A stretch of 64,000 nt of DNA, taken from Mobula hypostoma (lineage: Eukaryota). The stretch is taken from contig NC_086108.1 of NCBI RefSeq assembly GCF_963921235.1, forward strand, positions 12,214,001 through 12,278,000, in the 5' to 3' direction. Below are positions 11,581 to 21,824 of the stretch, in pieces (position 1 is the first letter of the stretch; each line of letters opens with the position of its first letter). The translations under genes and the position numbers were made by a program. The notes beneath the pieces were generated by a model. It ran no database searches. It had not been told where the DNA came from and worked only from the letters and a program-made list of their open reading frames with translations.

Positions 11581-13890
11581 GACCATAAGAAATAGGAGTA
11601 GAATGAGGCCATTTGGCCCATCGAGTTACTTCACCATTTAATCATGGCTGATCCTTTATTCCCACTCCCTGGCCCTCTCCCTATAACCTTTGATGCCATG
11701 GCCAACCAAGGATCTATCAAGCTCTGGTTTAAATCATCCAATGACCTGGACTCCACAGCTGTCTGTGGTAATAATTTCCACAAATACAGCACCCACTAGC
11801 TAAAGGAGCTTCTATGCATCTCTCTTTTAAATAGGCATCTCTCTATTCCGGGGCTGTGCCCTCTTGTCCCAGATTTCCCCACCATGGGAAACATCCTTTC
11901 TACATATACACTGTCTAGGTCTTTCAACGTTCGAAAGGTTTTAGTGAAATCCTCCCTCATGCTTCTAAATTCCAGTGAGTACAGACCCAGAGCCATCAAA
12001 CGTTCTTTATATGATAACCCTTATCATTCCTGGAATCATCCTTGTGAACCACCTCTGGACCCTCTCCAACGTCAGTACATCTTTTCTTACATGAAGATCC
12101 CTAAACTGTTCACAATACTCAAGGTGAGACATCACCAGTGCCTCATTAAGCCTCAGCATCACATCCCTGTTCTTGTTTTCTAGATCTCTTGAAATGAATG
12201 CTAACAATGCATTTGCTTTCCTCACTATTGACTCTACCTGCAAGTTAGCCTTCAGGGTGTTCTGCACAAGGACTCCCAAGTCCCTTTGCATCTCAGATTA
12301 TTGGATTTTCTCCCCATTTAGAAAATAGTCTGCACATTTATTTCTTCTATCAAAGTTCATGACCATGCATTTTCCAACATTGTATTTCATTTGCCACTTT
12401 CTTACCCATTCTCCTAAACTGTGTAAATCCTCTGCAGCCTAACTTTTTTCTCAAAACTACCTGCCCCCCCCCACCAATCTTTGTATCATCTGCAAACTTA
12501 GCAACAAAGCCATCATCTAAATCATTGATATACAGCATAAAATGAAGCGGTCCCAACACTGACCCCTACGGAACACCACTGGTAGCCAACCTTTTATTCT
12601 CACTCACTGCTTCCTACCAATCAGCCAATGCTCTAACCATGTTAGTAACTTTCTTGTAATACCATGGGCTCTTAACTTGGTAAGCAGCCTCATGTGTGGC
12701 ACTTTGTCAAAGGCCTTCTGAAAGTCCAAATATGCAACATCCACTGTATCTCATTTATCTGTCCTACTTGTAATGTCCTCAAAGAATTCCAATAGGTTCG
12801 TCAGGTAAGATTTTCTCTTAAGAAAACCATGCTGATTTTGTCCTATCTTGTCCTTTATCACCAAATACTCCATAACATTATTCATGAGTTGGATGATCAG
12901 CCATGATCATAATAAATGGTGGTGCAGGCTCGAAGGGCCGAATGGCCTACTCCTGCACTTATTTTCTATGTTTCTATGTTTCTATAACAATTGACCCCAA
13001 CATCTTCCAAACCACTGAGGTCAGGCTAACTGGTCTATAATCTCCTTTGTGCTGCTTTCTTCCTTTCTTAAAGAGTGGAGTGACATCTGCATTTTTCCAA
13101 TCCTCTGGCACCATGCCAGAGTCCAATGACTTTTGAAAGATCATTACTAATGCCTCCACAATCATGAACGCTACCTTTTTCAGAGCCTTAGGGAGTAGTT
13201 CATCTAGTCCAGGTGACTTATGTACCTTTAGATTTTTCAGCCTTCAGCCTTGTAACAGTAACCACACTCACACTTCCCTTTACTCACACCCTTCAACATC
13301 TGACACACTGCTGGTGTCTTCCACTGTGAAGACTGATACAAAGTCATTTAGTTCATCTGCCATCTCCTTGTCCCCCACTATTATTTCTCCGGCTTCATTT
13401 TCTAGTGGTCCTATATCCACTTTCATCTGTCTTTTAATTCTTACATACTTGAAAAAGCTTTTACTATCCACTTTGATGTTGTTTGCTAGCTTGCTTTTAT
13501 ATTTCATCTTTTCCTTCCTAATGATTCTTTCAGTTGTTTGCTGTAGATTTTTAAAAGCTACCCAATCCTTTGTCTTGCTACTATTTTTTGCATTGTTGTA
13601 TGCCCTCTCTTTTGCTTTTACATTAGCTTTGACTTCCCTTGTCAGCCACGGTGGTACTATTTTGCCATTTGAGTATTTCTTTGTTTTTGGAATACATCTA
13701 TCCTGCATCTTCCTTATTTTCCCAGGAACCCATGCCATTGCGGCTTTGCTGTCATCCCTGCCAGCAGTTCCTTCTGAGTTACTTTGGCCAACTCCTCTCT
13801 CCTACCACTGTAATTTCCCTTACTCCACTGAAATACTGCTATCTCAGACTTTACTTTCTCCCTATCAATTTTCAAGCTGAACTCAATCAT
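11581..13890 (-). mobile_element. CR1 LINE, ~2.3-kb 3' portion
   Basis: Minus-strand ORF pieces 13280..13738, 12974..13165 (DWKNADVTPLFKKG...YRPVSLTS), 12350..12559 (KFADDTKIGG), 12007..12291 and 11796..11999. Tail gaccataaga. Confidence 0.92.
12884..12985 (+). mobile_element. Short CR1-type 3' end inserted antisense within the CR1
   Basis: gatcagccatgatcat...ggctcgaagggccgaatggcctactcctgc...(tttctatg)n interrupts the minus-strand RT sequence. Confidence 0.75.
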
Positions 13891-13941
13891 AACTTAACGA
13901 ACAATTATTTATTTTATTTATTTATCTATACGCTTACTGTA

Positions 13942-14256
13942 TGTGGGCACCTGGCCAAGTGGTTAAGGCATTGGACTAGCTACCTGAGGGTGGTGAGTTC
14001 GAGCCCCAGCCGAAGGAACGTGTTGTGTCCTTGAGCAAGGCACTTAATCACACATTGCTCTGCGATGGCGCTGGTGCCAAGCTGTATGGGTCCTAATGCC
14101 CTTCCTTTGAACAACATTGGTGTCATGGAGAGGGGAGACTTGCAGCATGGGCAACTGCTGGTCTTCCATACAACCTTGCCCAGGCCTGCGCCCTGGAGAG
14201 TGAAGACTTTCCAGGCGCAGATCCATGGTCTCGCAAGACTAACGAATGCCTTTAAG
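13942..14256 (+). mobile_element. tRNA-headed SINE with CORE-like body, full length with TSD
   Basis: A box tggccaagtgg, B box gagttcgagcc, central gtgtccttgagcaaggcacttaa. Flanked by acgcttactgta (13930-13941) and acacttactgta (14257-14268). Confidence 0.85.
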
Positions 14257-14699
14257 ACACTTACTGTAATTCACATTTTTTTTTCTGTATTGCTCTGTAC
14301 TACTGCCACAAAATCAAAACATTTCATGACATATGCTGGTGATATTAAAGCTGATTCTGATTCTGTTTTCCTTTCCAAGGTGGCTGGGGTCCTGTTGGAG
14401 TCTATGATCTACAGATGCACTCAAACTGCGGTTCGGCATGGTTGTGTGTTCCCATTCTTGAAGCTCACCAGTCCGCCGCATTTTCGATATCTCTGGTAGC
14501 AGCCTACAGATGGGTGTTTTTGGGGCCTCATGCAACCCTGTGGATTTCTCACCAGTGTCACAAACTGAAGTGTTGCAGGGAGCCAGACCATGGAGGTAGC
14601 GAGTGCGGCTGTCGGAGGCTCCTGCACTTGCTTGATCGCTCACTCTCTATGATGTGTGACAGTCTGCTGCCGATTATCAAGTTGGGGAACTCAAAATAA

Positions 14700-15109
14700 A
14701 AGCAGTGCTACAACTTCTGAACAGACTGCAACTTCGAGGCAACAATTGTATTTCTCCACCTCATTGTAGAAGGAGTAATATCTCTCTCTTCCTTGTTCAT
14801 GACAGACAGAACCTGATGGATGTTGAACCGTTGGGATAAACAGCCGTTTTTGATGGATTATAGACTATGGTCTTTGGGGCTTTGCTATTGCCTGCATGGT
14901 GGGTGGTGGGAGTGCTGATACACTTTGTTAGAGTAAGTAAGGGGAGAAGGTTGATTCGGCTTGCTGCTACTTGTGCTTGGGAGGGGTCAGGGGGTTCTAT
15001 GGTTCTTTATTCATCCTTTGGGATTTTTCTTCTGTTTCAGGAATGTCTGTGAGGAGTAAGAATTTCAAGTTGTATATTGTACACATTCTCTGATATTAAA
15101 TTGGATCTA
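14700..15109 (+). mobile_element. Unclassified interspersed repeat (3' end ...gttgtatactgtatacattctctgatattaaa)
   Basis: Homologous to 18210-18615 (+) and 25690-26070 (-), more weakly to 52290-52500 (-) and 56090-56400 (-). Confidence 0.65.
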
Positions 15110-15214
15110 AAAACGCAAACATGAGGAAATCTGCATCTACTGGAATTTCAAGCAACACACATCAAAATTGCTGGTGAACGCAGCAGGCCAGGCAGCATCT
15201 CTAGGAAGAGGTAC

Positions 15215-15250
15215 AGTCGACGTTTCGGGCTTAGACTCTTTGTCAGGAGT
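15215..15250 (-). ncRNA. Minimal hammerhead ribozyme relic in inverted pLTR (mutated)
   Basis: Reverse complement reads actc-CTGACAA-agagtctaagccc-GAAAC-GTC-gact. Confidence 0.65.
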
Positions 15251-16391
15251 AACTGAAAGAAGAGCTAGTAAGAGATTTGAAAGTGGGAGGGGGAGAGGGA
15301 GATCCAAAATGATAGGAGAAGACAGGAGGGGGATGGATGGAGCAAAGAGGTGGACAGGTGATTGGCAAAAGGGATATGAGAGGATCATGGGACAGGAGGC
15401 CTAGGGAGAAAGAAAAGGGGGAGGGGGGGAAAAGCCCAGAGGATGGGCAAGGGGTATAGTGAGAGGGACAGAGGGAGAAAAAGAACATGTGTATATAAAT
15501 AACCGGGCCTCCAGGTCCAACATATAATTCTCCGTAACTTCCGCCACCTCCAATGGGATCCCACCACCAAGCACATCTTTCCCTCCCCCCCTCTGCTTTC
15601 CGTAGGGATCACTCCCTACGCGACTCCCTTGTCCATTCGTCCCCCCCATCCCTCCTCACTGATCTCCCTCCTGGCACTTATCCTTGTAAGTGGAACAAGT
15701 GCTACACATGCCCTTACACTTCCTCCCCCAGCACCATTCAGGGCCCCAAACAGTCCTTCCAGGTGAGGCGACACTTCACCAGTGAGTCGGCTGGGGTGAT
15801 ATACTGCGTCCGGTGCTCCTGATGTGGCCTTCTATACATTGGCAAGACCCGACACAGACTGGGAGATCATTTTGCTGAACACCTATGCTCTGTCCGCCAG
15901 AGAAAGCAGGATCTCCCAGTGGCCACACATTTTAATTCCATGTCCCATTGCCATTCTGATATGTCTATCCACAGCCTCCTCTACTGTAAAGATGAAGCCA
16001 CACTCAGGTTGGAGGAACAACACCTTATATTCCGTCTGGGTAGCCTCCAACCTGATGGCATGAACATTGACTTCTCAAATTTCCGCTAATGCCTCACCTC
16101 CCCCTCGTACCCCATACGTTATTTATTTATATACACACATTCTTTCTCTCTCTCTCCTTTTTCTCCCTCTGTCCCTCTCACTATACCCCTTGCCCATCCA
16201 CTGGGCCTTCCCTCCCCCCCCCCGCTTTTCTCTCTCCCTGGGCCTCCTGTCCCATGATCCTCTCGTATCCCTTTTGCCTATCACCTGTCCAGCTCTTGGC
16301 TCCATCCCTCCCCCTCCTGTCTTCTCCTATCATTTTGGATCTCCCCCTCCCCCTCCCACTTTCAAATCTCTTACTAGCTCTTCCTTCAGTT

Positions 16392-16427
16392 AGTCCCGAC
16401 GAAGGGTCTCGGCCCGAAACTTCGACT
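16392..16427 (+). ncRNA. Minimal hammerhead ribozyme relic in Penelope pLTR (mutated)
   Basis: agtc-CCGACGA-agggtctcggccc-GAAAC-TTC-gact compared with the CUGANGA...GAAA...NUH core. agtc/gact and ggg/ccc stems. Confidence 0.7.
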
Positions 16428-17654
16428 GTACCTCTTCCTAGAGATGCTGCCTGTCCTGCTGCGTTCACCAGCAACTTTTATGTGTGTTGTTTAAATTGGA
16501 TCTATTGCACCAATGATTCCAAACTTTTACACCAAATGGCAGATTGTTGAGGAGCAGAATGGATTCTCCTGTCCCTATTTTCTCACGATTATAAATGCTC
16601 ACAGCAGTTTCCCATCCTGCCTTCTCTCCTCTATCTGCAGGCCTGTCATCTTCACTATTCCTCAACCAATTCCGACTCGTGGACTGTCCTATTGTGTGTC
16701 GGATATCTCTCTCTCTCTCTCTGCAGTCAGCACACAAAGACATCCAGGAGCAGTCTGAAATTCTCTGATTCGAGCCACTGGTTAGAAGCACTAAGATTTT
16801 ATTAATTATTCTTTGTCAATCAAAAGAACAAAAGCAGGAGTCAGATCCCGAAAGTCTGACTCTTGCACTTTTTAATTTGAATTAATAAAATGTTCAGATG
16901 AATTGGAATGAGTGGAGGAAAAGATTCTGAAGGGACTGTTGGCAATAGTGAAATCATTGTATTCAGTGTAATGAATGTGCTCCTTTTGAAACTGAAGAGT
17001 CAGATTGTTCTTTGAGAGCTATTGCAGAAATCCTTTGGAGATGATTGGTTAGTATAAAAACAAGACTGATGGGCAGGCTGGGAATAGATAGCATTGGTTT
17101 CTGTGTTTAAGCACAATCTGGAGATTGTGATGAAAGACACACTGGAATTCTGAAAGCACTCCGTAATTTAAACTTGGAGGTGTGCCTTAGTATTTCAAAC
17201 AGACAAGCCTTTAACATATTCCTCTATGAAAATCCTTTGAATAATCAAGTTAATGTCTCTGTTAACAAAAGAAAGTAAGGTAGCTGGATCCTGTCGGAGT
17301 CCACGATCTACAGCTGCACTCAGAACACATTCTTCACAGACGGTGCGCTCTCGCTCTTCAGAATTTGCCAAGCAGCTTGCGTTTTGGGATCTTCAAGAGT
17401 GGCTTGGAAGGTGTGCACCGTTGAGGTGCAGCCCTGAGGATGCATGGTTCCTTCCCAATGTCACCGACTGAAGTGCCACGTGAGACAGTGGGCACAGTTG
17501 TCAGAGGCCTCTGCACTCAAGTAATCTCTCTCTTTCTCTCGATGGTGAAAGAGACTTTGCTGATTCTCGAGTCGGGGTACTTGAATGAGCAGTGCTACAG
17601 ACTGTGGGACTGTGGGATTGAGTTCAAGAGCTGTGAGTAATGTTATGACTATAT

Positions 17655-18205
17655 AAGACCCACTTGGGGTACTGTGTTCAGTTCTGCTCACCTCATTACA
17701 GGAAGGATGGGATGATATAGAGAGAGTGCAGGGGAGATTTACAAGGATGTTGCCTGGATTGGAATGCATGCCTTATGAGAATTGGTTGAGTGAACTTGGC
17801 CTTTTTTCCTTGGCACAATGGAGGAAGAGAGGTGACCTGATAGAGGTGTATAAGATGATGAGGGGTATTGATCATGTGGATAGCCAGAGGCTTTTTCCCA
17901 GGGCTGAAATAGCCAACACAGGGGTTATAGTTTTAAGGTGCTTGGAATTAGGTACAAGGGGGATGTCAGTGGTAAGTTTTTCACACAGAGAGTGGTAGGT
18001 GTGTGGAATGCACTGCTAGCAATGGTGATTGAGGCAGATACAATAGGGTCTTTTAAGAGACTCTTAGATAGGTATGTGGAGCTTAGAAAAATAGATGACT
18101 ATTCGATAGGGAAATTCTAGGCAGTTTCTAGAGTAGGTTACATGGTCGGCACAACATTGTGGGCTTAAGGGCCTGTAATGTGCTGTAGATTTCTATGTTT
18201 CTGTG
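17655..18205 (+). mobile_element. CR1 LINE 3' fragment
   Basis: ORFs 17726..17998 (RFTRMLPGLE...RGDLIEVYKMMRG) and 17938..18120. Tail tttctatgtttc. Same family as 2041-2600. Confidence 0.9.
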
Positions 18206-18209
18206 TAAC

Positions 18210-18615
18210 ATTGAAACAGCGGGTTGTTGGCCTCTTCTCTCACTGGTACAGAAGTGATACCTCTGTCTCCCTCACTAGTGAGAAAGAGAGTTTGTCTGAG
18301 GTGTCAAAATGTTGAGATGAGCAATAGTTTTTGATGGAGCACAGGTCATGGTCTTTCTGGGGGCTTTCCTTTTGCTTGCATGGTGGATGGTGGGGGTGCT
18401 GACATTTTTTGCTAGAACAAATGGGAGAAAGAGGGTTGATGCGTTGCTGCCGTTTGTGCGTGGAGGGAGTAGGGAGGATTTGGGGAGTAGGGCTTTCTAA
18501 CCTTTCCTGTCATTCATTCTTTGGGTAGTTTTTTCTCTCTGTTTTGTGAATGTCTGTGAAGAGTAAGAATTTCAGGTTGTATACTGTATACATTCTCTGA
18601 TATTAAATTGAACCA
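18210..18615 (+). mobile_element. Unclassified interspersed repeat (second copy; 5' part probably ~17270-17650)
   Basis: Homologous to 14740-15105. Confidence 0.65.
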
Positions 18616-18769
18616 TTGAAGGCCATTGTCATTTAAACAAAATAACATTTCATTCTTCATTTTCCACCCAGCCTGTTAACACTGTCACCCTCCTTCCTGC
18701 AGGATGAGGTGAATGTGACCTTTGCCAGGAACCAACTTCACAGCATGACAATGAGCAACACCTTCGGCA

Positions 18770-19000
18770 GGATTTTCTCTCCACGGAGGCTGGTGAATCC
18801 ATTGTGTCTGTGGAGGCCATGTCATTGGGTATATTTAAAGCAAAAAGTTCATAGCTTCTTGATTAGTCAGGGTGTCAAAGGATACAGGGAGAAGGCAGGA
18901 GAATAAGGTTGAGGGAGTTAATAAATTAGCCATGATGGAATGGCAGAGCGGACTTGATGAATCAAATGATCTAACTCTGCCCTATGCTAAACTAATGGTT
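18770..19000 (+). mobile_element. CR1 3' end fragment
   Basis: ctgtggaggccatgtcattgggtatatttaaagc...agccatgatggaatggcagagc. Confidence 0.7.
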
Positions 19001-19749
19001 TACAGTATCACCTTTCTCATTTTTCATTGGCTTATTAACACATTATCCACATGATGTAATTGTTTTAATTATGTAGCCTATTACTAATTTATCTCTATCT
19101 AAGGAATTTCTCTTATCTTATCTATAAAAGTGATAGTTTTTTCAGAAATGCCTTCTTTATTCTTTTGTCTATATACCTCTTAGTAATGTTTCTCATCTCT
19201 TTATTTAGTTTGCTTAGTATTTGTATGTTTGCTTGTACTCAAAAATAAATTGAAATGTTGGAATTAAGACAGCTCGCCATTTCTGACTCCCGGAAGAACC
19301 CTAAAGATTAGAAAGTAAACAAGGATCGAACAGTACTTCGTACTTATTTCACTGTGGGTGTCTCAGAGTTTCCCATGACCAGTTCCACGTATTACCATTA
19401 ATCACTGATGATAATTTTACTGAGCTGAACTGTTCTGTGTTCTATGTTCTACCCATGGGATGGGCTTAGTAGTTATTAAATTCTACACTTGTTGAAAATT
19501 TAATTAGATAAAAACTGGTCTGATGATGCAGTGCAGAGAAGCAGACACACACTTTCAGATAAACCAGTAAGCAGCTGGATAAGGTGGTGGCAAAGGTCTT
19601 CATTAGCCGTGATGATGTGATAATTGCCTTTATTGGGTATGGCATAGAATGTAAGAATCAGGGTGTCATGTTTAGGATTCAAGATTGTTTAATGTAATTT
19701 CTTGTTCACAAGAGTAAGGAGAATGAAATAATTGCTACTCTGGATCCAC

Positions 19750-20850
19750 AGTCTCCGTCACCACCAGTGCATCACAAGGTTGTGTGCTTATCCTCTGCTC
19801 AACTCACTTTCCACTCAGAACTGTGGGGCACTAGGGTTAGAGTTAAACCCTAACCCTAATGTGTGCTCCAATGCCATATTTAAGTTTATTGATGAAACCA
19901 CTGTCATTTGACAAATTAGCATTTAGGAGGGAGATTGAAAATCTGAGTGAGTGGTGCCATGACAACAACTTCTCACTCAATATTGGCAAGACCGACAAGC
20001 TGATTATTGACATAAGAGAAGGAAACCGGATGTCCGTGAGTGAATCTTCATCGGGGGATCAGAGGTGGAGAGGACCAGCAATTTATATCCCTTGTTATCA
20101 TTTCAGAGGATCTGTCCTGGGTCCAGCATGCATGTGCCATCATGAAGAAAGCAAGGCAGCTAAGCACACGTCCTCAAGGTGCAGCAATGTTGATTGTCTA
20201 CACGGAGGAGGCACTGTTCTCGATCCACACAGACTGTCGACTTCCCATAAGCAAATCAAGGATACAGTTGCAGAAGGAGGTAAAGAGGCCTAGGTTTTGG
20301 AGTTTGTTGATTAGATATGAGGGCTGAGCTTTAATCAATAAACAGCAGCCTGATGTCAGTATTACTATTGTCCAGTTGACCCAAGGCCGATTGGAGAGCC
20401 AATGAGATCGCATCCGCTGTAGACACATTGGGGTGATAGCCAAATTGTAGCGGGTCCAGGTCCTTGCTTAGGCAGGAGTTGATTTTAATCATGACCAACC
20501 TCTCAAAGCACTTCGATGCAGTGAATTGAGTGCCACTGGGTGATAGTCATGGAGGCAGCTCACCCTGTTCTTCCTGGGCACTGGTATGATTATCACCCTT
20601 TTGAGCAGGTGGGAACCTCCGACTGCAGCAGTGAGAGACTGAAAGTGTCCTTAAACACTCCTGCCAGTTGGTTGGCACAGGTTTTCAGAGCCCTACCAAG
20701 TACACCATCAGGGCCTTGATGACTTGCAAGTGTTCACCCTCCTGAAAGATATTCTGACATTGCCATCTGAGTCAGAGACCGCGTCTTCACTAGATGCTCA
20801 AGGATTCGTACAGGTGTAGTTTTATTCTCCTGTGCAAAGCATGAAAAAGC
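19750..20850. mobile_element. Rex1/Babar-type RT fragments (19750-20165 +, 20170-20850 -)
   Basis: + strand: WCHDNNFSLNIGKTDKLIID. - strand: LINKLQNLGLFTSFCNCILDLLMGSRQSV. Confidence 0.7.
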
Positions 20851-21126
20851 ATGCTACCTCTTTGCATGCTACAGGTTTGTCTGGGGGAGTTGCTGTGATG
20901 CTGTGGCTCTGAGGCCAGAAGAACCTATTATGCACTGTATCACTAAATAGATAAATAAACAATCAAACATCCAACATTGATGTGATATGTCATATCGAAA
21001 TACAAGTCTTACTAGAGGCAATGGAAAGGAAGGTCAGGAATTAAAAGCCAGCATCTTCTCACTGCAGACAGCACACTTGGAATGGCGCACTCGAGAAAGA
21101 AATTAAATTGAGAGTAAGATTTAGAG

Positions 21127-21622
21127 GGAGATGGGTGTGGTGATGGGTGAAGGAGATGGGTGTGGTGATGGGTGAAGGAGATGGGTGTGGTGATTGGTGA
21201 AGGAGATGGGTGTGGTGATGGGTGCAGGAGATGGGTGTGGTGATGGGTGAAGGAGATGGGTGTGGTGATGGGTGAAGGAGATGGGTGTGGTGATGGGTGA
21301 AGGAGATGGGTGTGGTGATGGGTGCAGGAGATGGGTGTGGTGATGGGTGAAGGAGATGGGTGTGGTGATTGGTGAAGGAGATGGGTGTGGTGATGGGTGC
21401 AGGAGATGGGTGTGGTGATGGGTGAAGGAGATGGGTGTGGTGATGGGTGAAGGAGATGGGTGTGGTGATGGGTGCAGGAGATGGGTGTGGTGATGGGTGA
21501 AGGAGATGGGCGTGGTGATGGGTGAAGGAGATGGGTGTGGTGATGGGTGCAGGAGATGGGTGTGGTGATGGGTGAAGGAGATGGGTGTGGTGATGGGTGA
21601 AGGAGATGGGTGTGGTGATTGG
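21127..21622. repeat. 25-bp G-rich minisatellite, ~20 copies (GGAGATGGGTGTGGTGATGGGTG[A/C]A)
   Basis: Directly visible, near-perfect tandem array with period 25. Confidence 0.97.
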
Positions 21623-21824
21623 ATTAAAGAAGCTATGCTGCGTTTGTTTTCAGAAATAGGTCATGAATTTCCTTCATAAGCCCCACGATGGAACCTCCTT
21701 GATAATCTGTGTGCAGACACCAACATACTCTCGGCTTATCCAGTAACAACCTCAGCGAGATAGCATACACATAGATTAATCACTCACAAGGGAACATCAC
21801 AAAATCTGTCAGTCTGTAACATCT

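Larger units (their letters stand above)
11340..14363 (+). mobile_element. Rex1/Babar-type LINE 3' end hosting a CR1 and a SINE
   Basis: ttgctaccatcagggaggaggtacagaaac...cttctttccctctgccatc (11450-11580). The 3'UTR resumes at ~13890 and again at 14260, ending ctgattctgattctg. Confidence 0.6.
15110..16490 (+). mobile_element. Penelope-like retroelement: inverted pLTR + GIY-YIG C-terminus + pLTR, 14-bp TSD
   Basis: GIY-YIG motif GVIYCVRCS*CGLLYIGKT...LGDHFAEH (~15793-15885). 15150-15502 is the reverse complement of ~16118-16490. TTAAATTGGATCTA duplicated at 15096-15109 and 16491-16504. Confidence 0.93.

Noticed and set aside
13942..14015. tRNA gene
   Set aside because: The tRNA-like part continues into a SINE body and the whole element is bounded by a TSD.
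18690..18790. Possible exon after the acceptor-like ccctccttcctgcag
   Set aside because: Unrecognised peptide that runs into a CR1 fragment, with no strong donor.
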